Shown here in pieces: positions 53,346 to 64,000 of a DNA stretch of 64,000 nucleotides (its first letter is position 1; each line of letters opens with the position of its first letter). The notes beneath the pieces were generated by a model. It saw only the letters and a list, made by a program, of their open reading frames with translations. It was not told where the DNA came from and searched no databases. The position numbers were made by a program, and so were the translations under genes. Origin of the DNA: Rhina ancylostomus (taxonomy: Eukaryota); contig JARFYF010000055.1 of the NCBI GenBank assembly GCA_030265395.1, forward strand, positions 29,788,015 to 29,852,014, written 5' to 3'.

Positions 53346-53595
53346 GTGAAACTTCGTATTTTTTTCTGTTTAGCAAATTAATGGGTTATTAAATTCAAGT
53401 ATTTAAAATACTGAGATGGATGGAGGAAGCTTTTCTTAATGAGGAATTCAGAACAGGAGGTACAATTGTAAATCTAGAGTGTGGCAATACTGCCGTAAAA
53501 TTTGGAAGTACTTTTTTTTATCAAAAGGCAGCAGCAAGATGGAATTCTCTTCCTCCTTTTGGCTGCAGACCCTGGAATAATTGAAATGTTCAAGG

Positions 53596-53828
53596 TGTTG
53601 CTGTTCGCGGCAAAAGAGAGAAAGAAGACTCTGAGTCATTGATGCTTGGTCAGAGCACGTTTTACTGAGAGTTGAAAACCGCGCGCTTGCATAAATACTC
53701 GCAACTCCGCACTGGACGTGACATTAGGGACCTACCGGAAGGCCTGCGCCCTTGCCGCAATGCGCTCCCGCGTGGTTGTCTACAGCCGCTGATGGCAGTT
53801 TGACCCCTGCGGGCCCGGGGTCACTACA
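53596..53828 (-). repeat. Gypsy 3' LTR bearing the TSD, preceded by a G-rich PPT, then an assembly gap
   Basis: Homologous to 58938-59195, with AAGG on the left flank. Confidence 0.88.
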
Positions 53829-54957
53829 CCACCTCCCCCCCCCCCCCGCCCCCCGAANNNNNNNNNNNNNNNNNNNNNNNNNNNNNNNNNNNNNNNNNNN
53901 NNNNNNNNNNNNNNNNNNNNNNNNNNNNNNNNNNNNNNNNNNNNNNNNNNNNNNNNNATGTGCTGGACAACAAGGAATTAATGGAGCCAAATGAGGGCCA
54001 GAACTCAGAACCATGACAGCGTGATGCATTCTGCTGCACTAAGAAATCTCCATCTCATCATATCTGTTATTAATTGCTTTGTTATTAATTATGCTGTTAA
54101 CCTAGTGTCTTAACTTCAAAATATTTGTGCACAAGCACCCTCAGTTTTAGATAGGAGCTTGAAGGATAGTAAATCTAAGGGCATGGCCACAATAAGTCAA
54201 CAGGAAAGATTAGACTGTGTATTAATTGGAAGACAAGTACGACAATTAAATAAAAGGATTAAAATGATTTCCAAGTGTAGTGTTATTCAACTTTCATAGT
54301 AACCTCATGCATTTTCCCCACTAATGGTGTTAAGCTAATTGATTGATTTCTCTCCCTTTCCTTTTTTAAATAGTGGGGTTACATTTGCCAATCCCCAATT
54401 TCAGAATCAATTCCATAATTCTCTGGAGAATGATAATCAATACATCTATTATTTCCATGGCAACCTCCTAAACCATGCTNNNNNNNNNNTTACAAATATC
54501 AGACCCTGGTGATTTGGCAGTTTTTACTGCCAATAATTTTTCCAATACAATCTTTTGACTAATACTAATTTCCTTTAGTTCTTCACCTTAATTAGGTTCT
54601 CGGCTCCATAACATTTCTGGCAAGTTACTCATGTCCACTCATGTGAAGACAGAACTAAGATATTTGTTTAATTGCTCTGCCATTTCTCTGTTCCTCATTA
54701 TGAATTTCCCTGTCTCCAACTATCAGAGACTTATACCTGTCTTCACTAATCTTATTTTTACATACTTGTAGAAGTTTTTGCACTTTTCCATTTTTTTATT
54801 CTCTGGAAGTTTACTTGCATATTCTATTTTTACTCTTTTAATCAACTCCTTTGTCCTCTTTATTCCCAATCCTCATGTTTGCCACTAGGTCTGATAATCT
54901 TATATGACTCCTCCTAAATTTAACGTTATCTTTAACTTCTCTTGCTAACCATGGTTG

Positions 54958-55196
54958 TGTCACCATTCGCGGCAAAAGAGAGAAAGAAGACTCGGAGTCG
55001 TTGGTGCTTGGTCAGAGCACATTTTACTGAGAAAGTTGAAAACTGCGCGCTCGTATAAATACTCAAAACTCTACGCCGGACGTGATGTTAGGGCCCTAAT
55101 GGAAGGCCCGCCGCACACACCTGCTGCGATGCGCTCCCACGTAGTTGTCTGTGGCTGCTGATGGAGGTTCAACCCCCGTGAGCCCGGGTTGCTACA
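54958..55196 (-). repeat. Gypsy LTR adjacent to the integrase end, preceded by a PPT (AGGGGGGTGG)
   Basis: Homologous to the other two LTRs. Purine tract at 55197-55206 on the minus strand. Confidence 0.9.
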
Positions 55197-55552
55197 CCAC
55201 CCCCCTAGAAGCGCCCATCGGGGGCATGCAGACTTTAGCCTGTGTGTCCCTTCTAGGCGTCTGCCTCACCATTGTGGAGCGGGCACCTGTACTAACTGCT
55301 CGATGTCCACATGCGCCGGTTTGAGGCGATCAACCGTGAATGTCTCTTCTCAGGCCCCCACCTCCACAACTCACGTGGAGCCATTGTGCCGGAGCACCCT
55401 GAATGGGCTCTCGTATGGCCTCTGCAGTGGTGCTCTTGGGGCTCCCCTACAGATGAAACTATATTTACAGGTTCTGAGGTCTCTGGGAACAAAAGACGGT
55501 GGCGTGTCATGTCGGGAGGTAGGGATCAGTGCCAGCTTGCCTACCTTGTCCC

Positions 55553-58230
55553 TCAACTGTGACAGCACTTCCGCCGGGTTCGCTGCAGGGTCCTGGGCCT
55601 GCGGAATGAATTCCCCGGGACCATTAAAGGGGTGCCATACACCAATTCCACTGAGGAGATGCCTCGGTCTTCTTTAGGGGCCGTGCGGATGCCTAGGACG
55701 ACCCAGGGGAGTTCATCCGACCAGCTGGGTCCCTTGACGTGCGCCATCAATGCTGCTTTGAGGTGCCTGTGGAAACGCTCAACCAGGCTGTTAGACTGCG
55801 GGTGGTAGGCCACGGTGTGGTGTAGCCACGTACCCAACAGCTGTGCCAGTGCCGTCCACAGGCTGGATGTGAATTGTGCTCCCCTGTCGGAGGTGATATC
55901 GGCCGGGAGTCCGAACCTGGCAATCCAACTGGTGATGAGAACCCTGGCGCACGACTCTGTGGAAGTGTCCAACAAAGGTACAGCCTCCGGCCACTTGGTG
56001 AACCTATCCACCATGGTGAATAAGTATCTGGCGCAGCGGGAAACTGGCAGGGGTCCAACAATGTCCACGTGGATGTGTCTGAACCTCCCGAGCATGGGCT
56101 GGAATGGCTGTGGGGGGGCTTTTACGTGCCGCTGGACCTTGGACAACTGGCAGTGAACACAGGTCCTGGCCCAGTGCCTACTTGGTTCCACAAACCATGC
56201 CAGACGAACTTGTCTGCTACCAGCTTAATGGACACTAATGGACAGGTGAGCCAGGCCATGCAATTCGTCGAAAATCCATCTCCTCCATGCTGCCGGCATC
56301 ACGGGTCATGGTCTGCCAGTAGATGGGTCGCAGAAGAGCTGAACTGCTGCTGGGCCTATCTGGGCATCCTCCAGGTAGAGCCCTGAGACAGCGGTGCAGT
56401 ATGCTGGGATTTCAGCATCTGTCTGTTGTGCCTGGGCCAGGGCTTCGTAGTTGATACCGACCATTACCATGGTCACAGAGTGGATGTTGTGGCGGGACAG
56501 GGCGTCAGCAACCACGCTGTTCTTCCCTGTGATGTGCCTGATGTCCATGGTGAACTCTGAAATGAATGAAAGGTGCCTTTGCTGCCAGGCCAACCACAGG
56601 TCCGATGCCTTTGCGAAGGTGAAGGTGAGGGGCTTGTGGTCTGTATACACCATAAAGCTCCTTCCTTTGAGGAAGTACTGGGTCGCCAGGTAGAGGGCTA
56701 ACAGTTCTCTGTCGAAGGCGCTGTACTTAATTTCCGGTGGTCTCAAGTGGCGGCTGAAGAACACAAGTTGTTTCCACTTTCCCTCGACGAGCTGTTGCAG
56801 GATGCCGCTGACCACTGTGTCGGAGGCGTCGACTGTGAGTGCTGTGGGCATGTCAACTCTCGGGTGTACCAGGAGGGTTGCTTCTGCTAAAGCCTCCTTG
56901 GTCTGTTCGAAAGCTTCCGTGGCCTCCATGTCCCAATGCACCTCCTTTGCCTTCCCTGCCATCAACCTGAAGAGGGGCCTCATTATGCATGCCACCATGG
57001 GCACGAAGCAGTGGTAGAAGTTCACCATCCCCATGAACTCTTGGAGGCCCTTGACTGTGGTGGGTTTGGGGGAAACAGCGGATCGCCTAGACTTTGTCCG
57101 GTAGTGGAGCGGCACCGTGTTGGTTCACCCTGTGGCCCAGGAAATTGATCTCCTGTAGCCCGAACTGGCACTTCGCTGGGTTGATTGTCAGGCCGTGGTC
57201 ACTCAGGCACTGGTAGAGCTGGCAAAGGTGCTCCACGTGTTCCTGGTGTGATCGACTGGCCACTAGATGTCGTCGAGGTAAATAAAGGCGAAGTCGAGGC
57301 CTCAACCCACCGAATCCATGAGTCGCTGGAAGGTCTGGGCCGCGTTCTTCAGGCTGAAAGGCATGCGCAGGAACTCGAACAGCCCGAGGGGAGTAATGAG
57401 GGCTGTCTTCGGTATGTCGTCAGGGTGCACAGGGATCTGATGGTATCCCCTCACCAGGTCGATCTTGGAAAAAATAGTCGCCCCGTGCAGGTTCGCCGTA
57501 AAGTCCTGGATGTGGTGCACTGGGTATCTGTCAGTGGTCGTGGTGTCACTGAGTCGCCTGTAGTCCCCACAGGGCCTCCAACCCCTGGCGGCCTAGGGGC
57601 ACCATGTGCAAAGGCGATGCCCACGGGCTGTCCGAGCACCTGATGATCCCCATCTCCTCCATCTTGCAGAACTCCTCCTTGGTGAGGCGGAGCTTGTCGG
57701 GCATGCAGCGGCAGTCCCTGCATGGGGATGTGGTGTTGCACATCGTGTTTGGGGTCAGTGGTGTTTGGAGAACTGCAGGGTCACAATTGCGGGGAACTCC
57801 ACAAGTACCTTGGTGAGCTCGTTGCCGGAGAGCATGACTGCGTCCAGGTGGAGGGCTGGCACACGGGTGTTGGTGAGTTGAAACGTCTGGAATGTCTCTG
57901 CGTGGACCAGCCACCAGCTCTTAAGGTCTACCAGGAGGCGGTTGGCCCATAGGAAGTCCGCTCCTAACAGTGGCTGGGACACTGCTGCTATCGTGAATGT
58001 CCAGGTAAACGAACTGGTCCCGAAGCACAGCGGAATGGCGCATGTGCCATTCGCAGCTGAGAGTTTGGGGCCTGGGGCCACCTTGTGGGTGTCCGTGTTG
58101 GTGGGTGGGAGGATGCTGATTTCCACCCCGGTGTCCACGAGGAAACGTCGGCCAGAGCTAGCGTCCCACAGGAAAAGGAGGCTATCACGATGGCCAGCTG
58201 TTAAAGCTACTAGCGACAGCCAGCCCCGAT
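55553..58230 (-). pseudogene. Gypsy pol, frameshifted: protease (FLVDTG), RT ([22 protein letters not shown]), RNase H (LTVDASD, YSAFDRELLA), integrase (HIHVDIVGP, SDRG, VERFHR)
   Basis: Diagnostic motifs spread across ORFs 57755-58300, 57302-57520, 57087-57305, 56306-57115 and 55553-56191, with several frameshifts. Confidence 0.92.
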
Positions 58231-58236
58231 GTTTCC

Positions 58237-58894
58237 CTAGTAGGAAATTGGTGGGCGGCAGTGGCATGTGTTGGATCCCCAACATCGATGGTAGAAACAC
58301 ATCTGCTCTGACTCCTCCTTCAGCTTCGTGGGCCCCGGCAGTTTCGGCTGCGGGGCCTTGGGCTCGGGTTGTGCAGTCGTCGTTAGGCAGATGGAACTCG
58401 TGCCACGCTGTTTACTTTGCCAAAGTATGCGCGGGTCACAAGTCTGCGGGGTCATCGAAATCCTCGCCTGCGAGGAGGGGGCGCAGGTCCTCCGGCAGCT
58501 GCTTGAGAAACAACTGTTCAAAGAGGAAACACGGCTTATGGCCATCCATTAATGCCAGCATGTCGTCCATCAATTCAGAAGGCTTCTTGTCGCCCAGGCT
58601 GTCAATGCGCAGGAGGCGCATGGCCTGCTCACGGCTGGACAGCCCAAAGGTACGGATGAGGAGCGCTTTAATTTTAGCATACCTGTCCTCTGCTGGTGGT
58701 CGGTGGAGGAAATTGATGATGCAGCCAGCTGTGTCCTGGTCGAGCACGCTGACCATGTAGTAGTGGCGCGTGGCGTCTGCAATAATGTCTCGAATGCTGA
58801 ACTGGGCTTCAGCCTGCTTGAACCACACGTGGGGCTGCGCAGCCCAGAACGCCGGGAGCTTGAGGGCGACTGCATCGTGCGTGTCGGAGCTCAT
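58237..58894 (-). pseudogene. Gypsy gag (MSSDTHDAVALKLPAFWAAQPHVWFKQAEAQF...), disrupted
   Basis: KLPxFW...WF.Q.EAQF gag signature. A CFYH...G...C.CRPP knuckle appears in a shifted frame. Confidence 0.85.
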
Positions 58895-58937
58895 ATCGTC
58901 GATCCCAGTTGCTGTCTGGAAGTGTCGGGGTTGCCAA

Positions 58938-59195
58938 TGTTGCCGTTTGCGGCAAAAGAGAGAAAGAAAACTGAGTCGATGGTGCTTGGTCAGAGCATGT
59001 TTTACAGAGTTGAAATCCGCGCGCTTGCATAAATACTCGCAACTCCACACCGGACGTGACGTCAGGGACCCGCGCTGGACGTGATGTTAGGGGCCTACCG
59101 GAAGGCCTGCCGCATGCCCTTGCTGCGTCGCGCTCCCGCGTGGTTGTCCACGGCAGCCAATGGCGGTTTGACCCCCGCGGGCTCGGGTCGCTACA
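58938..59195 (-). repeat. Gypsy 5' LTR, followed by a tRNA-Trp-like PBS (TGGCAACCCCGAC, about 58924-58936)
   Basis: Starts TGTAG and ends AACA on the minus strand. Has an internal ~25-bp duplication (ggacgtga...aggg). Confidence 0.9.
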
Positions 59196-59654
59196 AAGGT
59201 GGATTTTTATGATAAGACTATGATAAGATCATGAGTAAATGGACTCAGTGCAGCTTAATCATGACTAAACTGAGTGCTGAGCTGACTTGGGCCTGAAAAG
59301 GTTACTACAGTTCATCTCTTAAGTATTAACAAGGAAGTGAGTCATGGGTGGACTAGTCTTTGCTACTTTAATTTTCACTTCCTTTTGTAGACAAAGAATT
59401 GGTGTGTTTTTATTAAACTCTGCTATACCTAGAAGACAGACTGCAATTTTAAGACTTAATTAAAGAAAACAAATAGAAATAATTTTATTCAAAAATCTAC
59501 TTGGCTGTTGTCCTATTTGAAAATAGAAAATACACTTTCATTGTTTAATGATTTTACCTGCTTGGGATCCTTTTATTGAATCACTAATTTTCTGGGGAAT
59601 AAAGGCTACACAGTTGGAAAATGTACTTCTGTTGTACCTTTTTGTTTACTACAG

Positions 59655-59742
59655 AAACGTATTAATGCAGCCTGCTTGGAAGTTGAAGCCATAGAATCTG
59701 AGATCTTGAAAGATGCTGCACAGCTGAAAACTACAAGAAAAC
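59655..59742 (+). CDS. CDCA8: CDCA8 coding exon 4 (KRINAACLEVEAIESEILKDAAQLKTTRK)
   Basis: tacag| acceptor and C|gtaagc donor, open in the expected phase. Ends LKTTRK, like the human LKSAKTRK. Confidence 0.75.
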
Positions 59743-59999
59743 GTAAGCTATTAATTTCAAAAATGTACCATAGTAGTGTGACCAAGCAGCTTATGGATGA
59801 TGTCCTGAGTCAATCTTCTCTAGAAGAAAGCCAAAAAATAAATTAAATGCTTAAATGAAAAAAAAACTGCAAATACAGTCGTGTTTTGTCAGGGTTATTT
59901 AGTTTTCTGCTTAAGTGAAAAGCTGCTTACAAATTACTCTTGTAGTCCAAATTAGGAACCTGTTTTCCTTGGGCAGTGCTGGTTTATTTGTGTAACAGT

Positions 60000-60860
60000 C
60001 ATTACAGAACTGTAGAAAATTACAGGACAGATGGTTACTTGGCCAGCAGTTGAGTACTATTGAATTTAATTATAATTTCCAGCTCTTGGTCAGCAGCTTG
60101 CAGGTTACAGTACATCAAGTGCTTGTGCAAGTACTATTTAAGTGTACTGAAATTTCCAGCTTCTATTGCATTTTTGCTACTGTGTTTCAGTACTTCAGTG
60201 TCCACTTGGTGAAAAGATTTTTTTGTTTTACCCTCCCATTCCCCTCTAATTTTTCCACCAGCTACTTTGAATTTATCTTCTGGTTATTGAGTTCTCTCCC
60301 AAGAGAAATGGGTGGTTTCTATCCATGAATTTGGAATTTTAGATGCCTTAATTAAATCTCTCATTTTTCTCTGCTTCAAAGGAACTTTCCCCAGCATAGC
60401 TAATCTTTGCTAATAATTAAATATCTTGCGTCCTGGCAACCTATTAACTCTCTATGTTCTCTAGTGCTATCATATTCCTCCTGCAATGTAGTACCAGGAC
60501 TCTAATCAGTAACTGTTTCCCAAGTCCTATTTTATATGTTTAAGTATGTCATCCTGGCTCTATTTGATGTCTGGCCAATAAAGGAAAATATCCTATATGC
60601 TGCTTTGGACACTGTATCTAGACATCCCTTGTAGTTTCAGGGGTCTGTGGGTGTGCACTCCAAGATGCCTCTGTCCATCAGTACTGTTTGTTAAAATACT
60701 GCTTATTATGTATTCCCTTGCCTTGATTTCTTTCCCCAAATGTATTACCTTGCACACCTCTGGATTGAAATCCATTTATCTCTCACTAGTTAACTATCTT
60801 CCTGCAGCTGGCATCATTCTTTTCTCATTATCAGATACATAACCAATTTTTGAATATCAG
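60000..60860 (-). mobile_element. Degenerate CR1 fragment
   Basis: FNPEVCKVIHLGK and QRHLGVH motifs. Confidence 0.7.
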
Positions 60861-61289
60861 CAAAGCCTTGTGGCTTCTCGCTTCATGCACCCTTCCAATT
60901 CCTGAAACTCATGCCATAATTAACCTTTGCTGGCAGTTGTCAGCTTCCCTTAAGTTCCTATGAGGTTTTACTTTCCTGATCAGTCTGTAATGCAGAACCT
61001 TGTTAAAATCGTAATTAAGAACTGTGTAGGCTACAACAGTCATGTTAGTACATTGGCGCTCCTTGTTATCACTTTTTCTTTTTTTNNNNNNNNNNNNNNN
61101 NNNNNNNNNNNNNNNNNNNNNNNNNNNNNNNNNNNNNNNNNNNNNNNNNNNNNNNNNNNNNNNNNNNNNNNNNNNNNNNNNNNNNTTTAAAAAAAAGTAT
61201 ATTCAGATTAGACAGACTGGCCATCCCTTAACAAAGATGAAAAAGCTGGTTGGGTAATAGCAAACAGTGAAATGTAGGGGTTTGTTCAG

Positions 61290-61845
61290 AGCAGTGGCAC
61301 TGCTTTCCATAGAATTATAATAATCATTGGGACTTGGATGTACAATGCAGAACTAAGATGGCACAAAACTTGGAGGCAAAGTGAATAAGGAGAAGGATAG
61401 TAATCAAGAGACAGAGCCATGCTGGTGGAATGGGCAGATAGTTTAACACTGAGGAAAGTGTCGCATATTGATAGGAAGAATGAGAAAAGATAATATAAAC
61501 TTGATGGCATAATTCTAAAAGAAGTACAAAAAGGGGTATGGGATTATATCTGAGGATGTGTGCATGGTTCATTGAAAAAGTGGTTTTAAGGAAAATATTT
61601 GGCACCTTGGGCTTTATAACTGAACGCAGAGAGTACAAGAGCAAGGAAATTATGATGACCCTTTATAAAGCACTGGCTCGGAGGTCATAGTGAAGGGAGA
61701 TTCAAGTGTAGTATTTGAAAGAAGGCTGGACAGTTTTCTGAAAGGAAGAACTTTTTTGCAGGGCTATGAGGAAGAGTTCATAGAGCTAGTATGGACTTGC
61801 AAGGTGAATGGCCTCCTCCATACAGTTTCCGTTCTGTGATTCTAT
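61290..61845 (+). mobile_element. Degenerate CR1 fragment
   Basis: CR1-like remnants and the tail gaatggcctcctcc. Confidence 0.6.
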
Positions 61846-62795
61846 TCCAGTTACTATTAGGCTGGTTGACATTCCCACTATGACTGTTCCATTGCTTCCA
61901 TATTTGCAGTTCTGTTTCCCATTGACAAGGGATTTGCAATACGCTACCAGAAGCATGTGTTTTCCCCCTCCTTTTTGTTTTTTTTTTAGTCTGTAATAGC
62001 TAATCTGTTGATCTTGGCATATCATTATTTCTACTGCAAAATTTTAAAGCAATATTTCTATTTTATCTTCTCTATCTCATCCGAACACCCTGTAACTAGG
62101 AATATGGCAGTTCCTGTACTTTTAGCCATATTTCAATAATATCTATGGCATCACTTCATTATCCCTTCCTGTACTGCAGTTTGACCCATTATTTTGAGTC
62201 AGTTGTGGATCAAATTGGAATAGTGTAGAAAGGAATTAGTGCGTTGGCAGCAAAATGAAACTCTACCCTATCACGGGAGGGAAGTGGGTAAGTGCAAACC
62301 CAGTATATCACTGAACCAGTGGTGTCCAATCTTTTTGCTGTCATTACCTAAGTGGGTAAATATTTGTGGAAACTTTGACAACCCATTCCTATTTCATATA
62401 GTGACCTTGTATTGTTAATGAGTATTTATCTACCAAAGGCAAACTGTCCTGTCAACATCTCTAGGTTCATATTATCCAAAACACAGAAAAATCACAGGTA
62501 AGTAAAGAAAATAAAAACTAAATTAATATTCAAATTGGTTTGACACACAGTTTTTATGGTCTGGTATGCCAGGGCTTTAAGTTGGATTACCCAGAAGAGT
62601 ACCAAGACTTACTGCAGTGTTTTATTTCTGTCCGTCTGCCCAAAAGTCAGCATTATTAGATTTAGGACTGGTAATTCTCAGTACTATGCTGTTAGTGAAT
62701 GGATATGTATCGATTAGGTCTGGCCATTTTTCCTACGTTTGTGGTTATAACAAATATTTGTAAATGTTTTAACTTGAATAATATATTCCCTCCAG

Positions 62796-62878
62796 GTAAA
62801 CAGAAAACAAAGCATACCAATGACACGGTTGTAAACGAGGGTGAAAACCTTCCTCCATCAACCAAAATGTTCCGAAAG
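62796..62878 (+). CDS. CDCA8: CDCA8 coding exon 5 (RKQKTKHTNDTVVNEGENLPPSTKMFRK); gene continues beyond the window
   Basis: ccctccag| acceptor and AAG|gtgagt donor, phase matches the previous exon. Low-complexity linker with weak similarity. Confidence 0.7.
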
Positions 62879-62939
62879 GTGAGTCTCTTTATAATGGTAC
62901 TGTCATAATACACAAGAATTGTAACTAGAAGACACTTAA

Positions 62940-63700
62940 GTGTTGCAACAAAGGTTATTGTGGAAAATAATGATGTAAGTGGAAAGCTTGTGATGTAAGA
63001 CGTTATGTATTGACATGGGTGGAAGATTGGCTGGCTAGAAAATAGAGCTAATGTAAATCCAGTCCTTTTTTTTCTGGTTCACAAATGTAACAAGTGGTAT
63101 GGTACAGATTGGTGGTGACACTTCAACTTTTTACAATTCATTTAACTGATTTGGTTGAAGGCACCAATGTTATGGTTGCTGATGACACAAAGATGGGCAG
63201 GAGAGTTGTAAGAACAAGGGGAAGTATGGAAACTGTCAAGTTTGGCAGGAGAAATAAAGAATCATATTAATGGTGAGAGATTACCGATCTCTGAGGTGTG
63301 CAGGAGTCTGGGTGTCCTACTGCATGATTCACAATGGGCCAGGTATCAGGTACAGCAAGTAATTAGAAAAGCTAAATAAATGTTATTGTTTATTGCAAGG
63401 GGAATTAAACACAAGTAGGAAGGTTGTGTTTCAGTTATGTAGGGCAATGGGGAGACCACACCTGGAGTACTGCATGCAGTATTTAAAGACACTCTCCCAG
63501 AGTTTAGAAGAGTGAGAGCACACCTAATTGAAACACACAAGATCCTGAGTGGTCTTGACGGAAATGGATATGGAGAGGAAGTTTCCTCTTTATGGAGAAC
63601 CTTGAACTAGGGGTCACTGTTTAAGTATAAGGAGTTGCCCAGATAAGGTACTTTTTTCCTGACAGTTGAGAACTTTTGGAACGCTCTTCCTCAATATGAA
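62940..63700 (+). mobile_element. Degenerate CR1 fragment
   Basis: ADDTK, RPHLEYC and TRGH remnants. Confidence 0.7.
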
Positions 63701-64000
63701 ATTGGAAGATTTGTAGGAGGGTTGTCTTGTTCTCGACTCAAGCTATACCAGTACAGGTTAATAGATTAGTTGGGTGTGCAGTCTAACAAATTAAAATCTG
63801 TTCTTGGGCAACAGTGATCTTTACTTTGGTTCAAACGTGTTCATAGGTCTGCTTTGTTACAGGTCTCTTAAGTTCTATGCTTGCAGTTGGTTGTAGTCTT
63901 CCATTAATATGTTTTCATGTTCACATAAATAATTGACCAATATTTAGAAGAAATGTTCCAGTATTTCAGGAATTTTCTATTTAAGGAGAGGGAAAGTAGA

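Larger units (their letters stand above)
53596..59195 (-). mobile_element. Ty3/Gypsy LTR retrotransposon insertion (decayed, three LTRs) in a CDCA8 intron
   Basis: TG...CA LTRs and a 4-bp TSD AAGG (53592-53595, 59196-59199). Domain order on the minus strand is gag, protease, RT, RNase H, integrase. Confidence 0.9.

Noticed and set aside
55197-55553. Possible env gene between integrase and LTR
   Set aside because: Only about 350 bp with no signal-peptide or transmembrane ORF, consistent with an integrase C-terminal tail.
57942-58760. 272-aa plus-strand ORF and other plus-strand ORFs at 55189-59084
   Set aside because: Antisense shadows of the GC-rich Gypsy gag-pol, with no independent motifs.
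62317-62595. Possible hAT MITE (cagtggtgtccaatc ... gttggattacc)
   Set aside because: The right terminus is too degenerate and no 8-bp TSD could be confirmed.

Overview
Gapped, repeat-rich vertebrate genomic DNA. The SINE/LINE complement (V-domain tRNA SINEs, Deu-domain SINEs, CR1, Rex1/L2-like and Penelope-type tails) suggests a cartilaginous fish, though this is inferred. Two spliced genes lie head-to-head. C1orf109/AIRIM is on the minus strand: coding exons 32364-32635, 30766-30945 and 29502-29620, a probable non-coding first exon near 36725-36790, and a last exon that was not located. CDCA8/Borealin is on the plus strand: coding exons 47323-47422, 49185-49313, 52076-52116, 59655-59742 and 62796-62878, continuing past the window end. 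C1orf109 contains a U12-type GT-AG intron. Its probable first intron carries an intact minimal type I hammerhead ribozyme motif on the sense strand. The intergenic region holds a ZNF143/NRF1/E-box promoter and two similar six-CCAAT arrays, one followed by a palindromic double CHR. A decayed Gypsy retrotransposon with three LTRs sits in a CDCA8 intron. The first ~27 kb has no recognisable gene: it is mostly TE relics, a near-perfect 41-bp hairpin and several AT-rich blocks that may be conserved enhancers. Gene identities rest on recalled similarity to the human proteins, and repeat boundaries are approximate unless termini or TSDs are given.
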